NCBI GenBank assembly: GCA_963833225.1
Contig: CAWHXD010000007.1
Location: 192,001 to 256,000, forward strand
Origin: an uncultured Chloroflexia bacterium
Lineage (GTDB): Bacteria; Chloroflexota; Limnocylindria; Limnocylindrales; CSP1-4
Direction: 5' to 3'
DNA: 64,000 nt
Positions within the stretch are counted from its first letter, which is position 1. Every line of letters begins with the position of its first letter. Below, one piece after another: positions 9,901 to 19,083 of this stretch. The notes under the pieces were generated by a model. That model worked only from the letters and a program-made list of their open reading frames with translations. It was not told the DNA's origin and searched no databases. The position numbers and the translations under genes are program-made.

Positions 9901-10599
9901 GGACGGCGCTGCGGATCGGAGCGGAGGAGGTGATGGTCCTCTACCGCCGAGACCGCGAGGCGATGCCCGCCGACCCTCACGAGATCGAGCAGGCGCTGCT
10001 GGAGGGGGTGGAGTCTCGAGACCCTGGTAGCACCGGTCGAGGTGCGGCGGGCGGACGGGGGCCTGGACGTGACCTGCCAGCGCGTGCGCCTGGGGGCGAT
10101 CGACCCCGGCGGCCGGCGCCGCCCGGAGCCCATCCCCGGCACCGAGTTCACCGTCCGTTACGACACCGTCCTGTCCGCCGTGGGACAGCATCCGGCGGTG
10201 CCTCCGGAGTGGGGCGTGGAGACGGGGGCCGGGTCCCGGATCACCGTCGCCCCCGGCACCCTCCGCACGGCTGTCGAAGGCGTGTTCGCCGGCGGCGACG
10301 CGGTCCTCGGGCCGGCGTCGGTCATCTCCGCGATGACCCACGGCCGGGCCGCGGCGCAGGAGATCGACCGCTACCTGGGCGGCAGCGGGGACATCGAGGA
10401 GCAGCTTGCGCCGCCCGAGATCGTGGCGGACCTGCCTCCGATGCCGGTGGACGTGGAGGACCGCTACCGTCCGCCGATGCCGGTCAGCGATCTCGCGACG
10501 CGCTTCGGGTCGTTCGCGGAGGTGGAGCTGGGCTACACGCCCGAGGCGGCGATCGAGGAGGCGAGTCGCTGCCTGCGCTGCGACCTGCGCGAGGTCTGA
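6909..10599 (+). CDS. Fused NuoE-like + thioredoxin-like Fe-S + NuoF/HydB-like + GltD/NfnB-like NAD(P)H oxidoreductase; one frameshift near 10015
   Basis: VCRGTAC...ACFGSC (NuoE); GRGGGGFPTG, GDEGDPGAFMDR, CGQCTPCREG (NuoF); CGVVCFHPCERSC, GSGPAG, GGGNTAID, YRR; then in the shifted frame FAGGD and EASRCLRC (GltD-like). Confidence 0.88.
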
Positions 10600-10604
10600 T
10601 CCGA

Positions 10605-10637
10605 TGACCGCGGCCCGGCCCGAGGCGGCCGCGGTCA
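10605..10637. terminator. GC-rich hairpin between the convergent FDH operons (possible bidirectional terminator)
   Basis: TGACCGCGGCC (10605-10615) / GGCCGCGGTCA (10627-10637), perfect 11-bp inverted repeat with no U-tract. Confidence 0.5.
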
Positions 10638-11624
10638 GGGCTTCGGGCGGGCCTGGACGAACTCGAAGCCGAAGCGGCCCTTCACGCACAGGTGGCCAGA
10701 GGTGACCGAGGACTCGATCGGCGAGGTCACCTTGACGATCGAGTTGTCCTGGACGTGGAGGGTGAGCGTGCAGCCCACGCCGCAATACGGGCAGATCGTG
10801 TCGGTCTGCGTCTGCGTGCCCTCGTCCCACGTGCCGGCGGCGCGCATCTCGTGCTCCGAGCGGAACATGAGCGCGCCGGTGGGACAGACGCCGATGCAGT
10901 TGCCGCAGTAGACGCACGCGGACGAGGTCAGCGGGGCGTCGTACTCGGTGGAGATATGGGCGTCGAAGCCCCGCCCGGCCACGGCGATCGCGAACGTGTT
11001 CTGGGCGTCGGTCCCGCAGGCCTCGACGCACTTGTAGCAGAGGATGCACCGGGAGTAGTCGCGGACGTAGAGGTCGTTGTCCACCTTGACCGGCTGGGCG
11101 ATCGTGTCGGCGTGCTCGCCGGTGACCGGGTCGTGGTGACCGGGCTCGCGGGCGTCGCGCCCGGCGGCGGCCCGGGGCGCGGGCGGGCCGAAGCGCGCGG
11201 GCTCCGCCCCGTACTCGGTCATCATGTCCGCGACCGTCGGGGCGATCGACAGGTCCACCGCCGAGGCCAGCAGCTCCAGGACCAGCCGCCGACTGTGGCG
11301 GACCCGCGGCGACGCCGTCTGGACCTCCATCCCCGGCTCGACACGGCGGGAGCAGGCCGGCACGAGCACCCGACTCCCCGCCACCTCCACGACGCACACG
11401 CGGCAGGCGTTGACCGGCGTGAGGCTCTCGAGGAAGCACAGCGTGGGGACGTCGACGCCCGCCCCGCGGCAGGCATCGAGGATGGTCGACCCGGCGGGCA
11501 CCGTGACCGGGCGCCCGTCCAGGGTGAGCTCCACGACCGGGACGTCGGGAGCCGGAGGGGCCGCTGGGGTTCGCGACGGCCGGGCCGGTGGCTCGAGCGG
11601 GATCCGGGAGATGTCGTGTGTCAC
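10635..11624 (-). CDS. NuoG-like Fe-S subunit of a split FDH (2Fe-2S, 2x4Fe-4S, C-terminal molybdopterin-oxidoreductase 4Fe-4S domain)
   Basis: CFLE...CRVC...PAC; CILCYKCVEAC; CVYCGNCIGVCP; CPYCGVGC...LCVKGRFG; GTGA overlap with the upstream gene. Confidence 0.9.
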   Translation of the reverse strand: MTHDISRIPLEPPARPSRTPAAPPAPDVPVVELTLDGRPVTVPAGSTILDACRGAGVDVPTLCFLESLTPVNACRVCVVEVAGSRVLVPACSRRVEPGMEVQTASPRVRHSRRLVLELLASAVDLSIAPTVADMMTEYGAEPARFGPPAPRAAAGRDAREPGHHDPVTGEHADTIAQPVKVDNDLYVRDYSRCILCYKCVEACGTDAQNTFAIAVAGRGFDAHISTEYDAPLTSSACVYCGNCIGVCPTGALMFRSEHEMRAAGTWDEGTQTQTDTICPYCGVGCTLTLHVQDNSIVKVTSPIESSVTSGHLCVKGRFGFEFVQARPKP

Positions 11625-13642
11625 GTCTCGTCCCCTCCGTGCGCGCCGTACACCGCCGGGTGGTCGTCGTCGGGCACGGGCAGGCCCCGGGCCGCCGGGG
11701 CCCCCGCCACGAGCTCCGGCCCCTCGAACCTCACCAGGCCGGCCCGGATCGCGGACTCCGCGGCCGACGTCGCCGCCTGGCCCAGGCCGCAGATCGATGC
11801 GTCCCGCATGGCCAGGCCGAGGTCCGCGAGCAGCGCGAGCTCGTCCTCCACCGTGGCTCGCGCCCGCCCGCTGGCCAGCCGCGCGAGGAGCTCCTCCTGG
11901 CGCACGGTGCCGATCCGGCACGGGACACACTGTCCGCACGACTCGTCCCGGAAGAACGCCGCGATGCGCAGCAGGGCATCGGCAAGGTCCGCCGTCTCGT
12001 CGAACACCATCACCACGCCGGAGCCGAGGGTGGCGCCGGCGGCCCGGGTGGCCTCGAACGTGAGCGGCATCGTCAGGGCATCCGGCCCCACGAACACCCC
12101 CGCGGCGCCGCCGAGCAACACGGCCCGCAACGTCCGTCCCCCGGCCACGCCGCCCGCCATCGCCAGCAGCTCGCCCAGCGTTGCCCCGAACTCGACCTCG
12201 TACACACCCGGCCGCTCGATGGCGCCTGACAGGCAGAACAGCTTTGGCCCCGTGCTGCCCGGCGTGCCCACGGCCGCGAATGCGGCGCCGCCGTGCTCCA
12301 CGATGGCCGGGATGTTGACCAGGGTCTCGATGTTGTTGACAGCCGTCGGCTTGCCGAACAGCCCGACCTCGACCGGGAACGGGGGCTTGTTGCGCGGCTC
12401 GCCGCGCCGGCCCTCGATCGAGTTGAACAGCGCCGTCTCCTCGCCGCAGATGTAGGCGCCCGCGCCGCGCCGGATCTCGATGTCGAAGTCGACGCCCGAG
12501 CCGAGGATGTCCCGGCCCAGGTACCCGGCCGCGCGCGCCCGCTCGAGGGCGTTCGCCATGCGGAGGGCAGAGAGCGGGTACTCGGCCCGCAGGTAGAGGT
12601 AGCCGTGGTGGCTGTCGGTGGCGAACCCCTCGATCGTCATCGCCTCCACGATCGCGAACGGGTCTTCCTCCATGAGCACCCGATCCTTGAACGTGCCCGG
12701 CTCGGATTCGTCCGCGTTGCACACCGTGTAGTGGGGACGGGCGGGCTGCGCGACGACGGCGGCCCACTTGCGTCCGGTGGGGAAGGCGGCACCGCCACGG
12801 CCCAGCAGCCCGGAGGCGGTGACCTCCGCGATCACCCCGTCTCGCCCCAGCTCCAGCGCGCGCCGGAGGCCCCGGTATCCGCCGGTGGCGAGGTAATCGT
12901 CGAGGCTGGCGGGGTCGGCGACACCCGCCCGGCGCAGGAGCCGGAGCCCCGACCCGCCGGCCTGGGGAACGGAGCGGCGGACGTGGGCGAGGCGCGTCTC
13001 GCCCGGTCCCGCGGACCCGAGGGGTGGCAGCAGGGACGTGCCGGCCAGGGCGCGCTCGAGGTGCTCGACGACCTCGGCGGCGTCGGCCGGTGCCGTTGCG
13101 ACGGTCTCCGGCCGGTTGCCGGCGACCGTGAACAGGGCCACCGGGCCTCGCTCACAGCGACCCAGGCACGGGGCTCGCAGCCAGGTCGCGCGGCCGTCAA
13201 GCCCGGCCTCGCCGGCGGGGCCGACCAGCCGCTCCAGCTCGGAGCAGAAGCGCTCGGAGCCCGCCAGGCGACAGGCCACGTCGTCGCACACGCGGGCCAC
13301 GACCGGGGGCCGCGGCACCGTCGACAGCATCTCGTAGAACGCCGCCACGCCGTACGCATCGGCCGGCGGCACGGTCAGGCGCCGGCACGCGTACTCCAGC
13401 GCCGGCTGGCTGATCCAGCCGACACGCGCCTGGATCGCGTGGAGCACCGGCAGCAGGAGGTGGCGTCGGCTCCTGGCCTCGTGCCCGCCATGGGCGATGC
13501 GGTCGTCGGCGCCCGCAGCACCGCCGCCGGCCGACAGCTCGCGGTCACCACCCTCCCAGCGGCTCGTGGGCGGTCCGATGATGCCGTCCACGGCCGCCCG
13601 CTCCTCGGCGTTCGCGCGCGGGGCGAGGGTGACCAGGTCCAT
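11621..13642 (-). CDS. Fused NuoE-NuoF NADH-binding (diaphorase) subunit of FDH-2
   Basis: VCDDVAC...PCLGRC; GRGGAAFPTG; NADESEPGTFKDR; GAGAYICGEE; CGQCVPC; TGATG overlap with the catalytic subunit. Confidence 0.92.
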   Translation of the reverse strand: MDLVTLAPRANAEERAAVDGIIGPPTSRWEGGDRELSAGGGAAGADDRIAHGGHEARSRRHLLLPVLHAIQARVGWISQPALEYACRRLTVPPADAYGVAAFYEMLSTVPRPPVVARVCDDVACRLAGSERFCSELERLVGPAGEAGLDGRATWLRAPCLGRCERGPVALFTVAGNRPETVATAPADAAEVVEHLERALAGTSLLPPLGSAGPGETRLAHVRRSVPQAGGSGLRLLRRAGVADPASLDDYLATGGYRGLRRALELGRDGVIAEVTASGLLGRGGAAFPTGRKWAAVVAQPARPHYTVCNADESEPGTFKDRVLMEEDPFAIVEAMTIEGFATDSHHGYLYLRAEYPLSALRMANALERARAAGYLGRDILGSGVDFDIEIRRGAGAYICGEETALFNSIEGRRGEPRNKPPFPVEVGLFGKPTAVNNIETLVNIPAIVEHGGAAFAAVGTPGSTGPKLFCLSGAIERPGVYEVEFGATLGELLAMAGGVAGGRTLRAVLLGGAAGVFVGPDALTMPLTFEATRAAGATLGSGVVMVFDETADLADALLRIAAFFRDESCGQCVPCRIGTVRQEELLARLASGRARATVEDELALLADLGLAMRDASICGLGQAATSAAESAIRAGLVRFEGPELVAGAPAARGLPVPDDDHPAVYGAHGGDET

Positions 13643-15546
13643 CAGGCTCGCTCCACGCGGATCGCGGTGGCCTTGAACTCGGCGGTCCCGGACTTCGGAT
13701 CGGTCGCGTCGATCGTCAGGCGGTTGGTCGCGACGTCGTCCCCGAAGTGGAAGGTCATGAACGCGAGGCCCGGCCGCAGCCCGGGGTCGGTCCGGACAGG
13801 CGCCTCGACCTCCCCGCGGCGGGAGACGACCCGCACCGGCTCCCCCTCGGCGAGGCCGAGCCGGAGGACGTCCTCCGGGGACAGGTCCAGCGTCTCGCCG
13901 CGGCGTCGCGGGTACCGGTACCGACCCGACTGGACGCCGGTGTTGTAGGAGTCGAGATGGCGCCCGGTGGTGAGCCGGATCGGGAACTGCTCGGTCAGCC
14001 GGTCCACCGGCGGGTCGTGCTCGACGGGGATGAACGGGGCCCGGTTGCCGGGGACCGGATCCTCCCACAGGTGCGAATGGAGGAACAGCTCGCCCGGATG
14101 CGTCTCGTCGTAGCACGGCCACTGGAGGCCCCCCTCAGCCTCGAGACGGGCATAGCTGATGCCGGCGTGGATGGGTGACAGGCGACGCACCTCCTCCCAT
14201 ACCGCCTCGGCCGACGGCGTGCCCCAGTCGTGGCCCATCCGCCGGGCGAGCTCGTAGATGATCCCCAGGTCGTCCCTCGCGTCGCCCGGCGGCTCGACCG
14301 CCTTGCGGACTCGCTGGACACGACGTTCGGAGTTGGTGACCGTGCCCTCGGTCTCCGCCCAGGCGGCGGCGGCTGGCAGGACGACGTCGGCCAGCTCGGC
14401 GGTGGGGGTCAGGAAGATGTCCTGGACGACGAGCAGCTCGAGTCCGGCCAGCAGCTTCTCGGCCCGGCCCCGGTCGGCCTCCGACTGGAGGGGGTTCTCG
14501 CCGATCACGTACAGCGCGGTGAGCTCGCCCCGTTCCATGGCTTCGAACATTGCGGACATGTGCCAGCCGCGTTCGGGCGGAATGGCGACGCCCCACGCGG
14601 CTTCGAACGGAGCGCGCAGCGCCGCCTCCTCGAGGTGCTGGAACCCGGGCAGCCGATCGGGCAGGGCGCCCATGTCGCCCCCGCCCTGGACGTTGTTCTG
14701 GCCGCGCAGCGGGTTGAGGCCGCTGCCGTACCGTCCAACATGCCCGGTGAGCAGGGCGAGGGAGATCAGCGCCAGCACGTTGTCGACGCCGTTGTGGTGC
14801 TCAGTGATCCCCAGCGTCCAGCAGATCATCGCCCGGTCCGCCTGGGCGTAGGTGTGGGCGGCCTCGCGGATCGCCTCGGCGGGAATGCCGGTCTCGCGCT
14901 CGGCCCACTCGAGCGTGCACGGCTCCACGGCCGCCCGGTAGGCGTCAAAGCCGGTCGTGGCCCGCCCGATGAACTCGTGGTTGGCGAGCCCGGCCGCGAT
15001 GATCTCCCGGGCCATCGCGTTGGCGAGCGCGATGTCGGACCCCACGTCCAGGCCCAGCCACAGGTCGGCCCACTGGGCGCTCGAGGTCCGGCGCGGGTCG
15101 ACGGAGATCAGGCGCGCGCCGCGGTGCACCCCCTTCAGGAGGTGGTGGAAGAAGATCGGGTGCGCCTCCCGGGCGTTGCTGCCCCACAGGAGGACGACGT
15201 CGGTGTCCTCGATCTCCCGGTATGAGCTGGTCCCGCCACCAGCGCCGAACACGGCCGCCAGACCGGCGACAGAGGGGGCGTGTCAGGTGCGGTTGCAGCT
15301 GTCGATGTTGTTGCTGCCCAGGACAACCCGGGAGAACTTGCCGGCCGCGAAGTTGACCTCGTTGGTCGACTTGCTGCAGCAGAAGATCCCGTATGACCAC
15401 GGTCCATGCGATGCGCCCGCTGCCCGGAGCCCGTCGGCCGTTCGTCCGAGGGCCTCGTCCCAGGTGGCTGGCCGGAGGGGTGCCCCGGACCGGCGGTCAC
15501 CGTCGCGCACGAGCGGCGTGGTCAGGCGGACGTACTCCCTTGGCAC
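13642..15546 (-). CDS. Selenocysteine formate dehydrogenase catalytic subunit (634 aa, Sec at codon 88) lacking its own N-terminal 4Fe-4S domain
   Basis: GAGGTG RBS + GTG at 15546; NNIDSCNRT-U-HAPSVAGL with UGA at 15283-15285; PLRGQNNVQG; GTVTNSERRVQ; joins two ORF-track fragments in one frame. Confidence 0.92.
15254..15285 (-). promoter_or_regulatory. Sec UGA codon with SECIS hairpin
   Basis: Minus strand reads TGA CACGCCCCCTCT GTCGCC-GGTCT-GGCGGC. Confidence 0.9.
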
Positions 15547-15699
15547 TGTGCACCTCGGCGTGGAGGGATCGGACCGGCCGAGTGTAGTCGGTCGGCGCAA
15601 GGAGCCAAGGCCGCCCGCCCGCGCGGGATCGTTCTGCCGGCCCGCCGGGCCGGCATCATGGCTGCACAGGCCCCACGCCGGCTGCCGTACGCTGCGCCC

Positions 15700-17514
15700 G
15701 TGCCATCCCGTCAGCCCTCTCAACGCTCCGGCATGGGTGCCGTCCCGTACCAGGGGGGCACGACCTTCCGGGTGTGGGCTCCCCACGCCGAGGCCGTGTT
15801 CGTGACCGGAACGTTCGACGGGTGGGCGATGGACGCGACGCCGCTGGGTCGCGATGGTGACGGCTCGAGCGGCACCTGGTCGGCCGATGTCGACCAGGTG
15901 CCGGCCGGCGACGAGTACAAGTTCACGATCCGCACGCCGGACGGGGACCTGTCGCGCATCGACCCCTACGCGCGCCAGGTCACGAGCTCCGTCGGCAACG
16001 CCGTCGTCTACGACCCGTCGGCCTTCGACTGGGGCAACGACGAGTACCGAGCCCCGTCCTGGGACGACCTCGTGATCTACGAGATGCACGTCGGGACGTT
16101 CACGTCGTCCGCCGATCGGCCCGGGACCTTCGATGGCGCCGCGAAGCGCCTTCCGTACCTGCACGAGCTCGGCGTGTCGGCGGTCCAGGTGATGCCGCCG
16201 TTCGAGTTCGCCGGCGATGTGTCCTGGGGCTACAACCCGGTTCACCTGTTCGCGATCGAGTCGTCCTACGGCGGTCCGGATGCCTTCAAGCGGTTCATTC
16301 GCGAGGCGCACGCCCACGGGATCGGCATCATCGTCGACGTCGTCTACAACCACCTGGGCCCGTCCGACCTGGACCTGTGGCGCTTCGACGGCTGGGCCGA
16401 GGGCGACGGTGGCGGGATCTACACGTACAACGACGATCGCGCGGTCACGCCCTGGGGCCGGACGCGCCCTGATTACGGCCGTGGCGAGGTCCGCACGTTC
16501 CTGCGCGACAGCGCCCTGACCTGGCTCGAGGACTTCCGCTGCGACGGCCTGCGCGTCGACGCCACGCTCTACATCCGGTCGATCGACGGGGAGACGGGCA
16601 ACCCGGACACCGAGCTCCCCGACGGCTGGTCGTTCATGGCCTGGCTCACCGACGAGGTCCGGGCCCGCCAGCCGTGGAAGATCATGATCGCCGAGGACAT
16701 CCGGAGCGACCCGGTCATCGTCGCCCCGACCGCCGACGGCGGCGCGGGCTTCAACGCGCAATGGGATCCGGCCTTCCTCCACGGGGTCAGACCGGCGCTC
16801 GTTGCCCCCGACGACGCGGACCGCGACCTCGATGCGGTGGTGGCCGCGATCACGGGCGAGGGGCGCGGCCAGCCATCGACCCGCGTGATCTACACGGAGT
16901 CCCACGACAACGTGGCCGAGGGCATGGTCCGTGTCCCGGAGGCGATCGCTCCCGGCGCGGCCGACAGCTGGTGGGCCAAGAAGCGAAGCGTGCTGGGATC
17001 CGCGCTGGTCCTGACCGCGCCCGGGATCCCGATGCTGTTCCAGGGCCAGGAGCTGCTCGAGGGCGGCTGGTTCGACGACACGGTCGCCCTCGACTGGGCC
17101 AGGCTCGCGGCCAACGACGGGATCCTGCGCGCCCACCGCGACCTCATCGCGCTCCGCCGGTCCCGCGACGGCACGACGCGCGGCCTGCGCGGGACCGGCC
17201 TGCGCATCCTGCGGGTCGACAACGACGAGAAGCTGCTCGCGTTCCACCGCTGGCACACGGGCGGTCCGCACGACGACACGGTGGTGGTCGCCAACTTCGC
17301 GGACCGCACGATCAATGACCTCCGGATCGGGTTCCCGGCCCCTGGCCGCTGGATCGTCCGGCTCAACCTGGACTGGGTGACGTACGACCCGGCGTTCGGC
17401 AGCCACGAGGCGTTCGACCTCGATGCCGACGGCGACCCGATGGACGGCTGCGATCAGAGCGGGCTGGTCTCGGTGGGGCCCTACGCGGTCGTGGTGCTGT
17501 CGCGGGAGGACTGA
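15700..17514 (+). CDS. GH13 alpha-amylase-family glycosidase with CBM48 (GlgB/TreZ-like)
   Basis: FRVWAPHA, IYEMHVG, WGYNP, DVVYNH, GLRVDAT, IAED, ESHD, PMLFQGQE; TACGCT -10 box 6 nt before GTG. Confidence 0.9.
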   Translation: MPSRQPSQRSGMGAVPYQGGTTFRVWAPHAEAVFVTGTFDGWAMDATPLGRDGDGSSGTWSADVDQVPAGDEYKFTIRTPDGDLSRIDPYARQVTSSVGNAVVYDPSAFDWGNDEYRAPSWDDLVIYEMHVGTFTSSADRPGTFDGAAKRLPYLHELGVSAVQVMPPFEFAGDVSWGYNPVHLFAIESSYGGPDAFKRFIREAHAHGIGIIVDVVYNHLGPSDLDLWRFDGWAEGDGGGIYTYNDDRAVTPWGRTRPDYGRGEVRTFLRDSALTWLEDFRCDGLRVDATLYIRSIDGETGNPDTELPDGWSFMAWLTDEVRARQPWKIMIAEDIRSDPVIVAPTADGGAGFNAQWDPAFLHGVRPALVAPDDADRDLDAVVAAITGEGRGQPSTRVIYTESHDNVAEGMVRVPEAIAPGAADSWWAKKRSVLGSALVLTAPGIPMLFQGQELLEGGWFDDTVALDWARLAANDGILRAHRDLIALRRSRDGTTRGLRGTGLRILRVDNDEKLLAFHRWHTGGPHDDTVVVANFADRTINDLRIGFPAPGRWIVRLNLDWVTYDPAFGSHEAFDLDADGDPMDGCDQSGLVSVGPYAVVVLSRED

Positions 17515-17642
17515 CCCGCCCCGCGCACCGGTTTGTTCCCTCGGCCGCGGCCCGGTGCTAGCCTCGGCCCGCGTCCTCATCCGGATCACCGGTCACGTCG
17601 CGCCTGCCATCGGCCGGGCGCGGAGCAGTCGGAGCGAGCAGC

Positions 17643-19080
17643 ATGGCAACCGTCCTCCGGGTCCTCACCGACGCGCAGGTCGAGCGCATCCACGAGGAGT
17701 CGCTGGCGGCCCTCGCGCGGACCGGCATGCGCATCGATTCCGCCGACGCCCGCCGGATCCTGGGCGAGGCCGGGGCGCAGGTTGACGAGGGCGCGCGGCG
17801 CGTGCGATTCCCGAGAGACGTGGTGGAGGCGGCGCTCGCGGCGGCCCCGAAGCAGGTCGCCCTTGGCGGGCGCCGGCCCGGGTTCTCGGTGGCCCTCAAC
17901 GCCGGCGACTGCACCCTCATGCCGGACGGCGAGTGCACCACGGTCTACGACCCGGTGGAGGGCGTCCGCCGGGCGCCGACGTGGGACGACTGGGCGAACG
18001 CGACCAGGCTCGTCGACACCATGGACGAGGTGGGCGCCTACTGGCAGATGGTCACCACGGGGACCGAGAGCGAAGGGGGGCCGGGACCCGCGGTGGCGCA
18101 CTGGCGCCAGGTCCACACGCTGTTCTCCAAGCACATCCAGGACGAGATCGCGACCCCGACCGACGCGAAATGGCTCCTGGAGCTGCTGGTCACCATCTTC
18201 GGCTCCCGCGAGGCCGTCGTTCGCGACCACCCGTTCTCGGTCCTGTTCTGCCCGGTGTCGCCGCTGGCCATGGAGGCCGAGCACACGGACGCCTGGCTGG
18301 CGACGGCGGGCTGGGACATCCCGATCGCGATCATGCCGATGCCGATGATGGGCACCTCGGCGCCAACCGGGCTGCGCGCGACGGTCGTCTCGGGCAACGC
18401 CGAGGTCCTGGGGGCGATCGTGCTGGCCCAGGCCGCCCACCAGGGCACGCCCGTCATCTATGCCCCCGCGCTGGCCGCCATGGAGCCGCGCTCCGGCCGC
18501 TGGGCCGGCGGCGGGCCGGAGCATGCCCTGCTGGGCGCCGCGACCACCGAGATGGGCCGCTTCTACGGGCTGCCAGTCATCGCGTCGAACGGGGGCACGG
18601 ACCACTTCGTGCCCGGAATCCAGGCGGCCTACGAGCGGACGCTCAACTGGTCGCTGCCGGTCATCTCGTGGCCGGACATCATGATCGGGCCCGGATCGCT
18701 GGGCGGGGCATCCACGCTGAGCCTGGAGCAGATGGTCATCGACGTCGAGGTCTACCGGATGTGCCGCCGCCTCCACGAGGGGATCACGGACGACCGGGGG
18801 GAGACCGACGTCCTGGCCGCGCTCGACGAGGTGGGCCCGGTCGGCGACTTCCTCGCCCGCACCCAGACCCGCGACGCGGTGCGCGGCGGCGAGTGGATGC
18901 TGCCCCACCTCGGCTACCACTCCACCTTTGACCGCTGGGAAGCGCAGGGCCGCCCGGACGTGCTGGTCGAGGCCCGCGAGCAGGCGCTCGCCGCGATCGC
19001 GGCCCACCAGCCGCTGCCGTTCCCGGATGCGGTCGCCGCGGAGCTGGAACGCCTGGAGCAGGCGGCGAGGGAGGAGCTGA
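17643..19080 (+). CDS. MttB-superfamily (trimethylamine methyltransferase family) protein, non-pyrrolysine; 3' end uncertain
   Basis: ERIHEESL..L.RTGMR, RVRFPRDVVE, CPVSPL, GTSAPTG, MGRFYGLP, VGPVGDFL; ORF runs to 19328 over the next gene, probably from an indel just before the TGA at 19078-19080. Confidence 0.85.
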
Positions 19081-19083
19081 ACG

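Noticed and set aside
5223-10151. 1642-aa minus-strand ORF and many similar long overlapping ORFs
   Set aside because: Stop-poor antisense frames of genuine high-GC genes, with Arg/Pro/Gly-rich translations and no motifs
15547-17589. 768-aa minus ORF as the N-terminus of FDH-2
   Set aside because: Only its last 87 codons are FDH; the rest is antisense to the GH13 gene
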